Shown here one piece after another: positions 52,327 to 63,866 of a stretch of 64,000 bases of DNA. The notes beneath the pieces were generated by a model. That model saw only the letters and a program-made list of their open reading frames with translations. It was not told the DNA's origin and made no database searches. The stretch covers positions 12,391 through 76,390 of the forward strand of contig CAVRWR010000029.1 in NCBI GenBank assembly GCA_963724445.1, in the 5' to 3' direction. Source of the stretch: an uncultured cyanobacterium (GTDB lineage: Bacteria > Cyanobacteriota > Cyanobacteriia > Cyanobacteriales > Xenococcaceae). A program made the translations under genes and the position numbers. The number at the start of each line of letters is the position of its first letter. Position 1 is the stretch's first letter.

Positions 52327-53476
52327 TTGATTAATTTGAGCTTAGCTAAATCAACGATTAAAAAGCTAAATGCTTCACTCCTATTGCTGCTGCTTACAAT
52401 TACTGTTGGCTGTCAGCCATCGACTTCTAGTTCCAGTCAAGCTTCAGGAGAAAGTCGGTTAGATACTGAGTTGGTTTTAAATAATGCAGCTTTAGAACAG
52501 TCAAATAAACAAGAAAATACTGTCTGGAAAATAAAGGCAGATCGTATTGATTATAGTGAAGACCAGCAGATTGCAACCTTAGATAAGGTAGTAGGTAATT
52601 TGTTCTATAACGGTACGGTGATTTTGAAAATTAGTGCTGAGACAGGAGAAATTAGAAAGAACGGCAACATAATTCTCTTAAAGGGCAAAATAATTGCTCA
52701 AGATCAGCGTAACGGTGGCGTGATTAGCAGTGAAGCTGTGGAATGGCGACCACAAGAGAACTTATTGCTGATTAAAGAGAAATTGAGTGGTATTCATGCT
52801 AATTTAGCAGTTGATGCTCAATCAGGAAAATATTTTACTGATATTGAAAAGCTAGAAATACAGGGTAATGTGGTCGCAACGACTAATCAACCATCTCTAC
52901 AGTTGTATAGCGATCGCCTGGTGTGGAATATTCCTCAAGAGCAAATTACTATTCCCAGTGCCGTAAAAATCGTCCGTTACAACGAAGCTGAAACCATTAC
53001 CGACAAATTAGTTAGCGATCGCGCTGAGTTCAATCTGGCTAACAAAGTTGCTATGCTCAAAAACAATGTTGAATTAATTACTTTAGAGTCTCAACTACAG
53101 ATTGCCACCAACTCTTTAACCTGGAACTATCAAGACCGAATTGCCACAGCAGATCGGCCGATTCAAATCTTTAGACGGCGATCGCAAACTTAGTCTAACG
53201 GGAAATCAAGGGGAAATAAACTTTCCGCAACAGTTGGCAATATTAGAAAATGGGACAAAAGCCACCAAGCAGCAATCAAACTCAGAATTATATGCACGTC
53301 AACTAATCTGGAAAATTAATACTGAAGAAGTCGAAGCCACAGGTAATGTCGTCTACGAACAGGTCGATCCCAAAGCTCGTTTGACAGGAGAAAAAGCGAT
53401 CGGAACCCTAGGAGATAACAATATTGTCGTAACTAGCAACGGCAAACAACAGGTAACTTCAGTGATTGATAACTAA
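52327..53476 (+). CDS. lptC: LPS export periplasmic protein LptC (cyanobacterial long form), frameshift near 53168
   Basis: Lipoprotein signal (TVGC), repeated beta-jellyroll pattern (W..kA, L.W); two overlapping ORFs joined by removing one T. Confidence 0.8.
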
Positions 53477-53613
53477 AAACTTTTGACTTTTGACTTTTAT
53501 TGGATGCGATCGCCGAATCGCGATCGGGCAAAATTCAACCTCACACCATAGATGAATTAAAGCAAGAGTACAGATTTCATTATGATTAGAGGAATATTAA
53601 ACCGCTTAAAATC

Positions 53614-54066
53614 ATGGGTTATGTTACTGAGCTTCGTTCAATAGTAGGTCATCGTCCCCTAATTATTGCTGGTGCTGCCGTGCTGATTTTTGATCGGCAA
53701 GAACGTCTGCTATTACAACTTCGCCAAGATAACCAACATTGGGGACTTATAGGTGGCAGCATGGAAGTTGGAGAATCTTTATTAGAAACTGCTAAACGTG
53801 AAGTGTATGAAGAAACTGGGTTGGTATTAGATAAGCTGGATTGGTTTGATTTGTTTTCAGGACAAAAATTTATTTATACACTTCCTCATGGAGATGTAGT
53901 TGTCAATGTCATTGCGGTTTATATATCACGATGGTTTAAAGGAAAACCAAGAGTAAATTCAGAAGAGGGAATTGAAATGCGTTTTTTTGAACACAATAGA
54001 TTACCCCAAAACATTAGTCCACCAGATCGACCAGTTATCGAAAAATATTTCAGCAGCATTAGATAA
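53614..54066 (+). CDS. NUDIX hydrolase
   Basis: GGSMEVGESLLETAKREVYEETGL Nudix box. Confidence 0.95.
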   Translation: MGYVTELRSIVGHRPLIIAGAAVLIFDRQERLLLQLRQDNQHWGLIGGSMEVGESLLETAKREVYEETGLVLDKLDWFDLFSGQKFIYTLPHGDVVVNVIAVYISRWFKGKPRVNSEEGIEMRFFEHNRLPQNISPPDRPVIEKYFSSIR

Positions 54067-54135
54067 TTAGTTTTACACGGTCAGAATTTTGTGATTGGGA
54101 GGACAGCTAGAAGTAACCTATGTGAAGATTTAGTA

Positions 54136-54702
54136 TCACTGGTACTTCTTCTGCTTTAAGCACTTCATAACCTCCTGAGCATTTTGATCGGGCGGAAAAA
54201 CTGGATAGAAAACCTTGATTATTTTTCCTTCTTTGGCAATGAAAGTTAAGCGTTTGATAAGTCGTTGGTTTTCAACTTCAAAAGTGGGTAGCTGCAATGC
54301 TGTTGTCAATTTCAGATCGGCATCGCTCAAAAGTTCAAATGGTAAATGCAGTCTTGCGGCTGCTTCACTTTGGATTGAGGATTTCTGTGTGCTAATCCCA
54401 TACACTTGAGTATTGAGTGCTTGAAGTTCTTGATAATGATCTCGAAAACTGCATGATTGGGGAGTGCATCCTCTTGCGCCAGGAATTGCATCCCAGCCTT
54501 CGGGTAGCTTAACACCTGGTTGTCCTGTCATTGGATAACAATAAAATACGACACAACCTTTAATACTTGAAATATTTAGAGATTTACCAGAGGTAGAATT
54601 TAAAATAATATCAGGTAAGTTCTTTCCTAGTAAACGATCGCCCGCGCCGTCATCTACAGGAATAGGCAGATTTGAAGGTAGTTGAGAGAAATTTTGAATC
54701 AT
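54136..54702 (-). CDS. Peroxiredoxin (BCP/PrxQ-like)
   Basis: PGARGCTPQSCSFRD, LPFELLSD, KRLTFI, FYPVFPPD. Confidence 0.92.
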   Translation of the reverse strand: MIQNFSQLPSNLPIPVDDGAGDRLLGKNLPDIILNSTSGKSLNISSIKGCVVFYCYPMTGQPGVKLPEGWDAIPGARGCTPQSCSFRDHYQELQALNTQVYGISTQKSSIQSEAAARLHLPFELLSDADLKLTTALQLPTFEVENQRLIKRLTFIAKEGKIIKVFYPVFPPDQNAQEVMKCLKQKKYQ

Positions 54703-54965
54703 CTGTCAATCTAGTCTAAAGTTACTCGAAAAATATCTTGGCGAATTCAAAAATATCAGTCGTACTAATTCTCTTATATTTATTCTCTATTAAAAGTATC
54801 AAGCAAACAGAGTAAATCTTGCTGAATATGTTTATAGCTGATTGCTGTAAAGGATTGTTGTCACACTTTACCTAGCTTACGCGAACTATAGGCTCTGTGA
54901 GCCTAATCGCAGTTAATTTTCAGCATTAAGGCGACTCTTGAGAGAGTTCTTTAGAATTAAATACA

Positions 54966-55334
54966 ATGCTGTTCAAAAAATTATTAACCCTATCAATTTT
55001 TGTTATTTTCAGTTGCGGATATGTTCAAGTAGCTCAGGCAGATCTAGTTTGTGAAGATAAGTTTTCCTATGCTGCATGTGGCAGTCTTGAAAAAACGGAC
55101 ATAAATAGGCTGAAAAAAGAGTTTCATGAAGCAAAAAGATCTACTAAGTCTCCTAAACCTGTTTATCTTTATGATGTACAAGGAATTTTAGGATTTACAG
55201 GAGAGCAAACCAAAACCGCTAGTAACGGCAGAATTGAGCATCGTATGTGGATCGACTCAGATAATTCTAAACGTCAAGTCAAAGCATCATTTTTAGATCG
55301 AGAGTTAGTCGAAATTAAGATTTACGGTTTTTAA
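54966..55334 (+). CDS. Hypothetical secreted protein
   Basis: Signal peptide ending AQA; 122-aa ATG ORF. Confidence 0.7.
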   Translation: MLFKKLLTLSIFVIFSCGYVQVAQADLVCEDKFSYAACGSLEKTDINRLKKEFHEAKRSTKSPKPVYLYDVQGILGFTGEQTKTASNGRIEHRMWIDSDNSKRQVKASFLDRELVEIKIYGF

Positions 55335-55358
55335 ATGCTCATCCAAATTTTCTCAGTT

Positions 55359-57407
55359 TTAATTTACCTGCCTGATTTGCTCTAATATTTGCTCCATAGT
55401 AGTTGCAGGTTCTAAACAAGACGAACTGGTACATACTAAAGCAACAGAATTTTCTGGTAATTTCGTTTCAAGTCTATATACGGTAGTAGGTAAGTAATGC
55501 GAACTTAGTTGTGCTATCCGCTCTCTAGTGGTTTTGATACTTGTACCATGAAGCCACCAATCTAACGCCGTAAATAGACTAGGACAAGCGGTTGGCGACT
55601 TTTCCATTACTGAACTAAATGCTTGGAGTCCTTGTTCTGCGCGATCGCGATATCCTAAATCATCAGTCAATAGAGACAGACGCACTAAATTGGCGATCGC
55701 AATTCCGTTAGCCGAGGGAGTGGCATTATCCATATAGCTACGTTCCCTCACTAGCAATTCCTTTCCTGCATCAGTTGAGTTATTGTAATAACCACCCTGT
55801 TCGATACTCCAGAGTAAATCATCAAATTCCCCTTGAATTTTTAGGGCTTGTTTTAACCACAGGGAATCTTCTGGACAGGCAGCCTGAAGATCTAGCAAGG
55901 CTTTAATCAATAAAGCATAGTCTTCTGACTGAGCGGCTACTGTTGCTACACCATCGTAGTTCAGCCTTTGCAGTCTGCCATCGAGCCATTGATTTTGCAA
56001 AATAAACCCGACTGCATCTGTAGCCAGATTTAAATAGGACTGTTCTCTAAATACCCCATAAGCTCTTGCCAGTCCAGATATCATTAAACTATTCCAAGCG
56101 GCGATCGCTTTAGTATCGGTGACAGGAGGAATACGCCCTAGCCAGTTATTAGTTTTTGCTTCCTGATTATTTTTCGCTGGGGGAAAGGTAGTTATTTCCG
56201 TTGCTGGCTGTCCGTAGCGTACCGTAAACAGTTTGCCTAATGTCTGTTCTAGACTAGCTGACAGTGCTGATTTAGATAAGCGTTGCAGGACGTTCTTCCC
56301 TTCAAAGTTCCCTGGAGAGGTAACCGTAAATTCCTGCTGTAATTCGGCTAATTCTGTGGCACTCAATAAAGATGTTAATTCCTGATAACTCCAGACATAA
56401 AAATCCCCTTCTTCTGGCTCAACTTCTTCGGGGGTAGTAAAATTATCTGCATCTTGAGCAGCATAAAAATAACCTTGGGGATGAGTCATTTCCCGCTGTA
56501 GCCATTGCACCGTTCCTGCAATCGCTCTTTTGATTGCTGGCTGCTGTACTCCACTACTCCACAAGTTAGACAGATACTCGATAATTTGCCCATTATCGTA
56601 GAGCATTTTCTCAAAGTGAGGCACCGTCCAAGTATTATCTACGGTATAGCGATGAAATCCTCCTGCTACATGGTCGTAGATGCCCCCTGTAACTAAATCT
56701 AGTCCTCTCTGTTGGGATAATGCTTTGGGATTATAATCATATTGCTGTGATAATCTGCTGCCCTGTAAAGCGATCGTAGAGTAAGGAATCATCGGGAAGT
56801 TGGGACGACCAAAATCATTGGGCGCGATCGCTGCGGTACAGGCATTAATTCCCTGCTGAAGTAAGTTCCGCTCTAAACTAACATTGCGATCGACAGCTAA
56901 AGTCGCCGACTGCTGAAGATTACCCAGGATTTCGCTTTTAAAAGCCAACAGCTTTTCGGGTTCTCGATCGTAAAAACGACGAATTGCCTGAAGAATTTCC
57001 AAAAACCCAGGGCGACCATATTTCGGCTCCACAGGAAAATAAGTACCGCCGTAAAACGGCACTAAATCTTCAGGATTAAGAAAAATATTTAGAGGCCAAC
57101 CTCCTTGCCCCGTCATCATTTGGAGCGCCTGCATATATATGCTGTCAATATCTGGTCTTTCTTCACGATCTACTTTGATCGGGAGAAAGTTGGCGTTAAG
57201 ATAATCGGCGATCGCCTGGTTAGAAAATGCCTCTCCTTCCATGACCGTACACCAGTGGCAGCTTGAATAGCCAATCGAGAGAAAAATCGGCTTATTATCT
57301 TGTTTAGCTTCGGCTAAAGCTGATTCACACCAATACCACCAGTTAATCGGATTATCGGCGTGTTTTTGCAGATAAAGGCTTTGAGTTGATTGAAGATGAT
57401 TAGGCAT
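55359..57407 (-). CDS. Thioredoxin domain-containing protein (YyaL/SSP411, DUF255)
   Basis: YLQKHADNP, SIGYSSCHWCTVME, KVDREERPDID, GGWPL, VPHFEKMLYDN. Confidence 0.95.
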   Translation of the reverse strand: MPNHLQSTQSLYLQKHADNPINWWYWCESALAEAKQDNKPIFLSIGYSSCHWCTVMEGEAFSNQAIADYLNANFLPIKVDREERPDIDSIYMQALQMMTGQGGWPLNIFLNPEDLVPFYGGTYFPVEPKYGRPGFLEILQAIRRFYDREPEKLLAFKSEILGNLQQSATLAVDRNVSLERNLLQQGINACTAAIAPNDFGRPNFPMIPYSTIALQGSRLSQQYDYNPKALSQQRGLDLVTGGIYDHVAGGFHRYTVDNTWTVPHFEKMLYDNGQIIEYLSNLWSSGVQQPAIKRAIAGTVQWLQREMTHPQGYFYAAQDADNFTTPEEVEPEEGDFYVWSYQELTSLLSATELAELQQEFTVTSPGNFEGKNVLQRLSKSALSASLEQTLGKLFTVRYGQPATEITTFPPAKNNQEAKTNNWLGRIPPVTDTKAIAAWNSLMISGLARAYGVFREQSYLNLATDAVGFILQNQWLDGRLQRLNYDGVATVAAQSEDYALLIKALLDLQAACPEDSLWLKQALKIQGEFDDLLWSIEQGGYYNNSTDAGKELLVRERSYMDNATPSANGIAIANLVRLSLLTDDLGYRDRAEQGLQAFSSVMEKSPTACPSLFTALDWWLHGTSIKTTRERIAQLSSHYLPTTVYRLETKLPENSVALVCTSSSCLEPATTMEQILEQIRQVN

Positions 57408-57491
57408 GTTGCCTCTAATTTGAATTAGCTGCGTACTATCTTTTGATCGCAAGCTTTGCAGTTAAATACTCCCACAATTTTTAGATGAGGT

Positions 57492-57808
57492 CTACCCTGA
57501 TAGATCGCGAACATACCAAAGAGAAACCATGATGTTCTGCGCATCTGCCAGCAAAAAAGAACGAGACAAGCCGACAACACCATCTCCTGTAATGCTTCCT
57601 CTGGGAGTATTGCAGTCACTTAAGGCAACTAAATTTGCTGCTATATCTAGATTGAGGATTTCCTCGGCGGTTAAAAAGCCGTCACTGAGATCGCTAGTAG
57701 AAAATGCCAAAGAGCTTTGTAAACCCTGATACTCGTCAAACACGCCGTGAGTGGCTAAGTGAATTAATTTAGCTGTTTCATCTCGGTTACTTCAGCTTCG
57801 GCGATCGC
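57492..57808 (-). pseudogene. CHAT (caspase-like) domain fragment
   Basis: LIHLATHG (upstream of the listed ORF), DGFLTAEEI, LVALSDC, GDGVVGLSRSF, VSLW; both ends missing; begins near HIP1 57801-57808. Confidence 0.85.
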
Positions 57809-58454
57809 ATCATCTCTACTGACTAATTCTAAAGCGGCGATCGCTTTTAAAACTGGTAAATTAAATATAGATTCGATAATTCTTAAAAAGAGTTGAAAAT
57901 AATATGTTTTGGGGTATGGAACTATCTTTTACAGAGTCAGAAATTATTCGTAAGTATTTTCCAATTCTTAAAAATATGGAGTTTACCTTGATGAAGAAAT
58001 TTGTGATTTGATTGAAAACTGTAACAATAATCTGGAAAGTAAAATACAGGCTTTTATCGGCTGGTTTCTAGATTAGAGCATCGAGCTTCGATCAAAGATG
58101 AACAATTAACTCTTCCTGATGCTAATGAAATTTTGTTTAGAGCTTTAAAAGAAGAGTGGTATCCAACTGAGTTTCAAAAAGAAATGTTGATAAAAATCTA
58201 GTTTGTATTCATTTGGTACTGCAATAAGAGAAAAGTTAGCAGAAATCAACTTTTTCCAAGCGATCGCTTCTAAAATTCCTAGAAACTCCAACAGAATTCA
58301 GTTCTTCTTTCGTGGTAGAGATGATTTGGGAAGAACAAATATCTGAGCTTTTAAGAGTTTCTAATCGAGGATTAATTGAAATGTATAAGTTTAAAGTTAG
58401 GAATATTCAAGAAAATTTAAATCAAGTAGGATTGATTTCTTAAACAGTTAAAGT

Positions 58455-58747
58455 GCGATTCTCGCTACGGGCATTAGCTATGCGACCGAAAATTATGTTA
58501 TTTGATGAACCAACTTCGGCGTTAGATCCAGAAATGGTCAGAAGAAGTATTAGATGTGATTAAAAATCTGGCAAGTCAAGGTATGACAATGGTTGTAGTA
58601 ACTCATGAAGTTGGATTTGCGCGAGAAGTTGCCGATCGCGTTATTTTAATGGACAGTGGTTCTATGGTGGAATCCGCAACGCCAGATCTCTTTTTTACCA
58701 CTCCAAAACAAGAAAGAACACGCAAATTTTTGTCCCAAATTCTTTAG
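58455..58747 (+). pseudogene. 3' remnant of a polar amino acid ABC transporter ATPase
   Basis: RALAMRPKIMLFDEPTSALDPEMV, frameshift, then VLDVIKNLASQGMTMVVVTHEVGFAREVADR; Walker A and signature motif absent. Confidence 0.88.
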
Positions 58748-59033
58748 GTTATTCCGCTTTACGTAGGGCTATATTTGGTTTAAGACTCGTGGCACGAGAA
58801 AATATTACCCTTTTCTCGATTACGAATCTTTGCTTAATAGCTCTCTTTTAGAAATACGTCAAGAATTTAATTTATTACCGTTAATTAGATAATCAGCAAC
58901 AACTTTGCTGGTATAAATTCATAATTACTTTTATTACCTCGTCAATGCTTAGATTATCAATGATTAGCTCGATCGCATCATCGGCTTTTTTTAAAGGTGC
59001 GATCGCGCTCATTTGACTAGTTTAATCAAGGTC

Positions 59034-61347
59034 TTATTCTACTTTTTCCATTGGCGCTATTTTGGGAATAATTTTAGTTACACCCATACTGAGAAACTTA
59101 ACTGCCAGGGTAGCTTTCTTACCGCTTCCGAACACGTGAGTAATCTCTCCTTCACCAAATTCATGATGTAATACGCGATCGCCTACACACCAATCAATAT
59201 CAATAGCATTAGAAGTTCTTTCAGCGCGGGTGCGACGACGATAAGTGCTAGCCACATTGATATTACTACTAATTAAATCTTCAGGAAGTTCTTGTAAAAA
59301 TTGCGAGGCAACTGCAGGTTCTCTAGTCCCCCATAGACGGCGTTCTCTAGTGTAGGTTAAAAATAATTGTTCTTGGGCGCGGGTAATTCCGACATAACAT
59401 AGACGACGTTCTTCTTCTATTTCTAAAGGATCGTTCAAAGTTCTATTATGGGGTAATAAACCTTGTTCCATTCCGACAAGAAAAACAATCGGAAATTCTA
59501 AACCTTTAGCTGAATGAAGCGTCATCATGGAAACTTTTGCTGTTCTTCGTTTAAACCGTCTAAATCGGAGGAAAGAGAAGCACTAGCGAGAAATGCTTCT
59601 AAACTGTTTTCTTCATTATCTTCCTGAAACTGCTGCACCGCGTTGTATAGCTCATAAATGTTGGCAATACGGTTATCGGCTTCATCGGTTCCTTGCTGCT
59701 GCAACTCTTTAATGTAGCCAGATTGTTCGACAATCTGACTGAGAACTTCTGCTGCTGTAAGGTGTTCTAGTTGGTCTTTAGTATCTTGAATCATCCGCGC
59801 AAACTGATTAAGGCTTTAGCTGCACGTCCTCCCATAGTATTCACGGAGGTTTCATCATTAACAATTTCCCATAGGGGAATACCCAATTGTTGCGATGCAT
59901 CCATCAACCTGTTCATGGTTGTTTTACCGATACCACGACGGGGAGTATTGACGATTCGCAGCAAACTTACCGTATCTTCAGGGTTAACAATAATGCGTAA
60001 ATAAGCGATCGCATCTTTAACTTCTTTACGGTCGTAGAACTTTAAACCACCGACAATATTGTAGGGAATATTATTGTGCAGTAGTAAATCCTCAAAGGGA
60101 CGAGATTGAGCATTAGTGCGATACAAAATCGAAAAGTCGCCCCAATCTATTTCAGGGTTATTGTCTTTAATTTTCTGCATCTGCTGCACGACAAACCGCG
60201 CCTCTTCCTGTTCCTCATCGGCTTTATACAGAAATATTTGTTCTCCTGCGCCTCTGGTTGGCTTTAGCACCTTATCGATTCGTTGGCTGTTGTGGGAAAT
60301 CAAATGGTTTGCAGCTTGAATTATGTTCTCGCGGGAACGATAGTTTTCTTCTAGCTTAATCATGGTGCGGGTGTCTTCGTCGGGCAAACCATCACCAAAA
60401 TCCTGCTGGAAATTTAGCAGGATCGTGTAATCCGCCAAGCGGAAAGAATAGATCGACTGATCCGCATCTCCCACCACAAAAAGCGATCGCCTATGCCAAT
60501 TCCACTCACTTTTATTTGTTTCACCATTAGTCGCTAATAGACGAATTAAGTCGTACTGAATGCGGTTTGTATCCTGATATTCATCAACTAAAATATGCTG
60601 AAACTGAGTATGCCAATAGCCCAAAATAGATTCATTCTGCTGAAATAGCTTAACAGGAACCCAGATTAAATCGTCAAAATCCAGAGCATTATTAGCAGCT
60701 AATCGAGATTGATACTCATTGTAAATTTCGGAAATAACTCGACCACGATAGCCAGGATCTTGTTTGGCTAAATCATCGGGAGTTAAACCCTGATTTTTGG
60801 CATTACTAACGGCGTAGCGAATCTTGCGCGGATCGAACTTTTTGTTATCTAAATTTAATTCCTTAGTAACAATATTTTTAAATAAACTTTGAACATCCGA
60901 CTCATCAAAAATCGAAAAATTGCGCTTCCAAGTACGTCCTCGTTCATCCTGATACTTATTAATATCAAAGCGCAATAGCTTGGCAAACAAACTATGAAAA
61001 GTACCAATCCACAGTTTCTTAGTCGTCCTTCTGTATACCCTGGACTTCAATGCCTTTTGCTCATACTCGGTCAGAAACTCTAGCCGTTGTCCGTGCTGTT
61101 CTAACGCTAACTCAGTGGCGAAAATATATTCAATCCTTTCCCGCATCTCCCGCGCAGCTTTATTAGTAAAGGTAACTGCTAGGATATGTTCAGGATCGGC
61201 TTGGCGATTACGAATCAAATTAGCAATGCGATAGGTCAAAGCTCTAGTTTTACCCGAACCTGCCCCTGCAACTACTAGCATTGGTCCACAGTAATGTTCG
61301 ACCGCAAGGCGTTGGGAAGGATTTAGCTGGCTCAAAAAATCAGTCAT
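59034..61347 (-). CDS. pcrA: ATP-dependent DNA helicase PcrA/UvrD (two frameshifts, near 59800 and 59530)
   Basis: AGAGSGKT, TFTNKAA, LVDEYQD, VGDADQSIY, LEENYRS, TLHSAKGLEF, EEERRLCYVGITRA across three ORFs. Confidence 0.95.
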
Positions 61348-61772
61348 TTGCAAGGATTAAGGATGAAGGAGTTGATTTTACCTACGTTGTTTATGTTACC
61401 AACTATTCCATGCCCAATCTACAAACTATTCTCTAGGAAGTTCTAGAATATAATCCACGTTCCTATCAGTTAAATTCAAATGTAACCATTCGTTCTTATT
61501 TAAACTCGCTGTAACTAAGGTATATATACGCCTCAGAGCATTGTTAAAGAAGCAAGACGAAGAGGTTGCGGTTGAGATTATTGATGGTTATCAAGAATGT
61601 TGATCGCTAATCCAAACCCCAAATTAAATTTACGTCATAATGGCGAAATTGCTCATCTGCACTCATCAGATTAATATTTTCGGCGATCGCAGTCGCGATT
61701 AAAAGGCGACCAAACATCGTTACTGATTACTGTTCTCACTGTTGTAGTGATCAAAGTTACTTTAATCGAAAT

Positions 61773-62942
61773 TCATCGACCAACTGCACCAGAAGACAAA
61801 GCGGGAAACCTAACTAGATAAAAAGGTGGTTGAAAACTATTTTTGCCATTATTCAGGGGTGGAGAATTTTGTAGCTGACTTACAGTGACATAGATGTAAT
61901 CATCAGAACCAAATGCCATGCCATCAGTCCAGTTCAGCAGCTTTGCGTCTTGATATAGAGTCCGATATTCGCCAGTTTCATCCACCACCCCGATCGCATT
62001 ATCAGTAATGGAAGTAATGTAGACATTGCCAGCATCATCAACGGTAATTCCATCACAGATGGGCTTGTCACCGTAGCGTTCAACTCGACTAGATAATTCT
62101 TCGGGAGATAGGGATGGATCTAATAAATCTGCTGTAGCAAGGCGATATAAAGATTTACCGCTCATCGGTGCATAGTAAACCCACTCGTTAGCTGGATCGA
62201 CGGTGATGGGATTTACACCGATCTTAGCTGGTTTTCCTGCTAGATTAATTACTCGTTCGTCAACTATCAAGGGTATATCTTCAGGGCGGGTAGAGACATC
62301 TCCTTGCAGAACTCTGCGGGAGAATCCTGTATTGAGATCGACGACGATTAAAGCCGAATCATCTCCGCTAGCAGTATCGGTAATATAAATTGCATTATTA
62401 TCGAGATCGACAGCCAAATCATTTAAAAAGGGACTATCCCCAATAATTGGCTGAGGCAAATAAATCACCTGATAAAGTTCGTCGTTTTCCGTATCCCAGC
62501 CGACAATCTTCCCTGGCTGTCCCTCTCCTGCACTGCGATCGAGCATCCACACTACACCATTTTCATCAGATCGCAGTCCCAAAACCGTATTTAAACCGAC
62601 TCCGCTTTGATTTATTTGATTTGGTTTACTACTCCAGACTTCATTAGGAAAAGGTGTCACGCTGCCGTCGTCTAATACTTCGACTACTCGCAAAGGCGCA
62701 CCATAAAACTGATGCTGGCTCATAATTAATCTACCTTCTGGAGTGACGGCAATATTACCAGGGGGATGTTCGGCGGGAAATTCAGCAACTATTTCTAATT
62801 GATTTTCTACTTTATTTTGAGCAACTACTGGACGATGAGCAGCTAAAGATAACCAGATAATAATAGTCGCTACGGATATTAAATAAACTAAAAATCTAAA
62901 TAGACGATGTATTGAGATAGGACTTTTATAGTTATTTATCAT
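61773..62942 (-). CDS. Major royal jelly / yellow-like beta-propeller protein
   Basis: Signal/TM segment, PGNIAV, VWMLD, FLNDLAVD, YITD, CDGITVD, WTDG. Confidence 0.85.
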   Translation of the reverse strand: MINNYKSPISIHRLFRFLVYLISVATIIIWLSLAAHRPVVAQNKVENQLEIVAEFPAEHPPGNIAVTPEGRLIMSQHQFYGAPLRVVEVLDDGSVTPFPNEVWSSKPNQINQSGVGLNTVLGLRSDENGVVWMLDRSAGEGQPGKIVGWDTENDELYQVIYLPQPIIGDSPFLNDLAVDLDNNAIYITDTASGDDSALIVVDLNTGFSRRVLQGDVSTRPEDIPLIVDERVINLAGKPAKIGVNPITVDPANEWVYYAPMSGKSLYRLATADLLDPSLSPEELSSRVERYGDKPICDGITVDDAGNVYITSITDNAIGVVDETGEYRTLYQDAKLLNWTDGMAFGSDDYIYVTVSQLQNSPPLNNGKNSFQPPFYLVRFPALSSGAVGR

Positions 62943-62972
62943 ACAAATAATAATCTTATTGCTTGAGTATTA

Positions 62973-63866
62973 TTAGCTACTTTTGGCGAATTTTTGGCAG
63001 GCTGCTAATAAATCTTGATGTAGTTGAGCAGTACTAGCTACGATCGCGCCATCATAACTATAGTCGTTGCAGGTATGGAGGAGAGGTAAGGGAAAACCGT
63101 CTAGTCCTGTTACAATACAGCCATTTTCTTGCGCCATAAAAGCTAAGGCAGCACTATCGATAAACTTGCCTCTTTTTGTTACCCAACCGATTAAGTCTCC
63201 TGAAAAGATGCCATTATAGTTGGGGAATTTAATCGAGGAAGAATAACAGTTTTCCAGATCGATCACCTGATATTTAGCTGAATATTTATCTAATAATGCA
63301 GGTTTTAAGTGCGCCATGCCCCAGCCTAATAAAATCGAGGGTTGAGGATTAGTAATTGCAAGTGGCTGGCAATCTACTAAATCTTGGTCTAAATTTCCTT
63401 TAAACACTCCTCGACCTCTAGTACTGTAGTAGTAACAGTCTTGAGCAGGAGAGAGAGCAATTACTGCTTCATAAGTATCGGCATTCAAAATGCCTAAAAT
63501 AATTTGATAATTGTCAAAACCATCCAGATAATACTGTGTACCATCAATCGGATCGAGAGTAATTAGATAATTATTACTATTATTACTGTCTAATTCGGTA
63601 GAGGAGAAGTATTTGGTGTTACGAGATTGTTCGTATTCTTCTCCATAAAAAGCTAGATCGGGATATGTCCCAAGCAGCGCAACTTCTACCAAGGTTTGAA
63701 TAGATAAGTCTGCATCACTCAACGCTGCCGATAATATATTGTCTCCTGCCTCTTTAGCTGGAAGTGAAGTAATTTTATTTTGAATGTGTTGTGCATAACC
63801 TGCCGCAACTCTTAAATGAGGAAGTAACGTCTGGAGTATTTGCTCAGGTGAAAATTGAGAAGACAT
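62973..63866 (-). CDS. Inositol monophosphatase family protein
   Basis: SDADL, YGEE, LDPIDGT. Confidence 0.88.
   Translation of the reverse strand: MSSQFSPEQILQTLLPHLRVAAGYAQHIQNKITSLPAKEAGDNILSAALSDADLSIQTLVEVALLGTYPDLAFYGEEYEQSRNTKYFSSTELDSNNSNNYLITLDPIDGTQYYLDGFDNYQIILGILNADTYEAVIALSPAQDCYYYSTRGRGVFKGNLDQDLVDCQPLAITNPQPSILLGWGMAHLKPALLDKYSAKYQVIDLENCYSSSIKFPNYNGIFSGDLIGWVTKRGKFIDSAALAFMAQENGCIVTGLDGFPLPLLHTCNDYSYDGAIVASTAQLHQDLLAACQKFAKSS

Noticed and set aside
4397-53498. Short heptamer runs (ctattag near 4397, 24838, 43650; cttttga near 53480; cctcatc at 48490) as a possible CRISPR
   Set aside because: Ordinary cyanobacterial STRR-type tandem repeats; no spacers and no cas genes
61390-61740. 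Possible small gene remnant between pcrA and the yellow-like gene
   Set aside because: No frame gave a recognisable motif; cannot be supported without a search
520-62647. Numerous 60-150 aa ORFs antisense to or nested in recognised genes (e.g. 23142-23603, 28641-28994, 29172-29522, 30954-31259)
   Set aside because: Shadow ORFs of well-supported genes, with no motifs or RBS support
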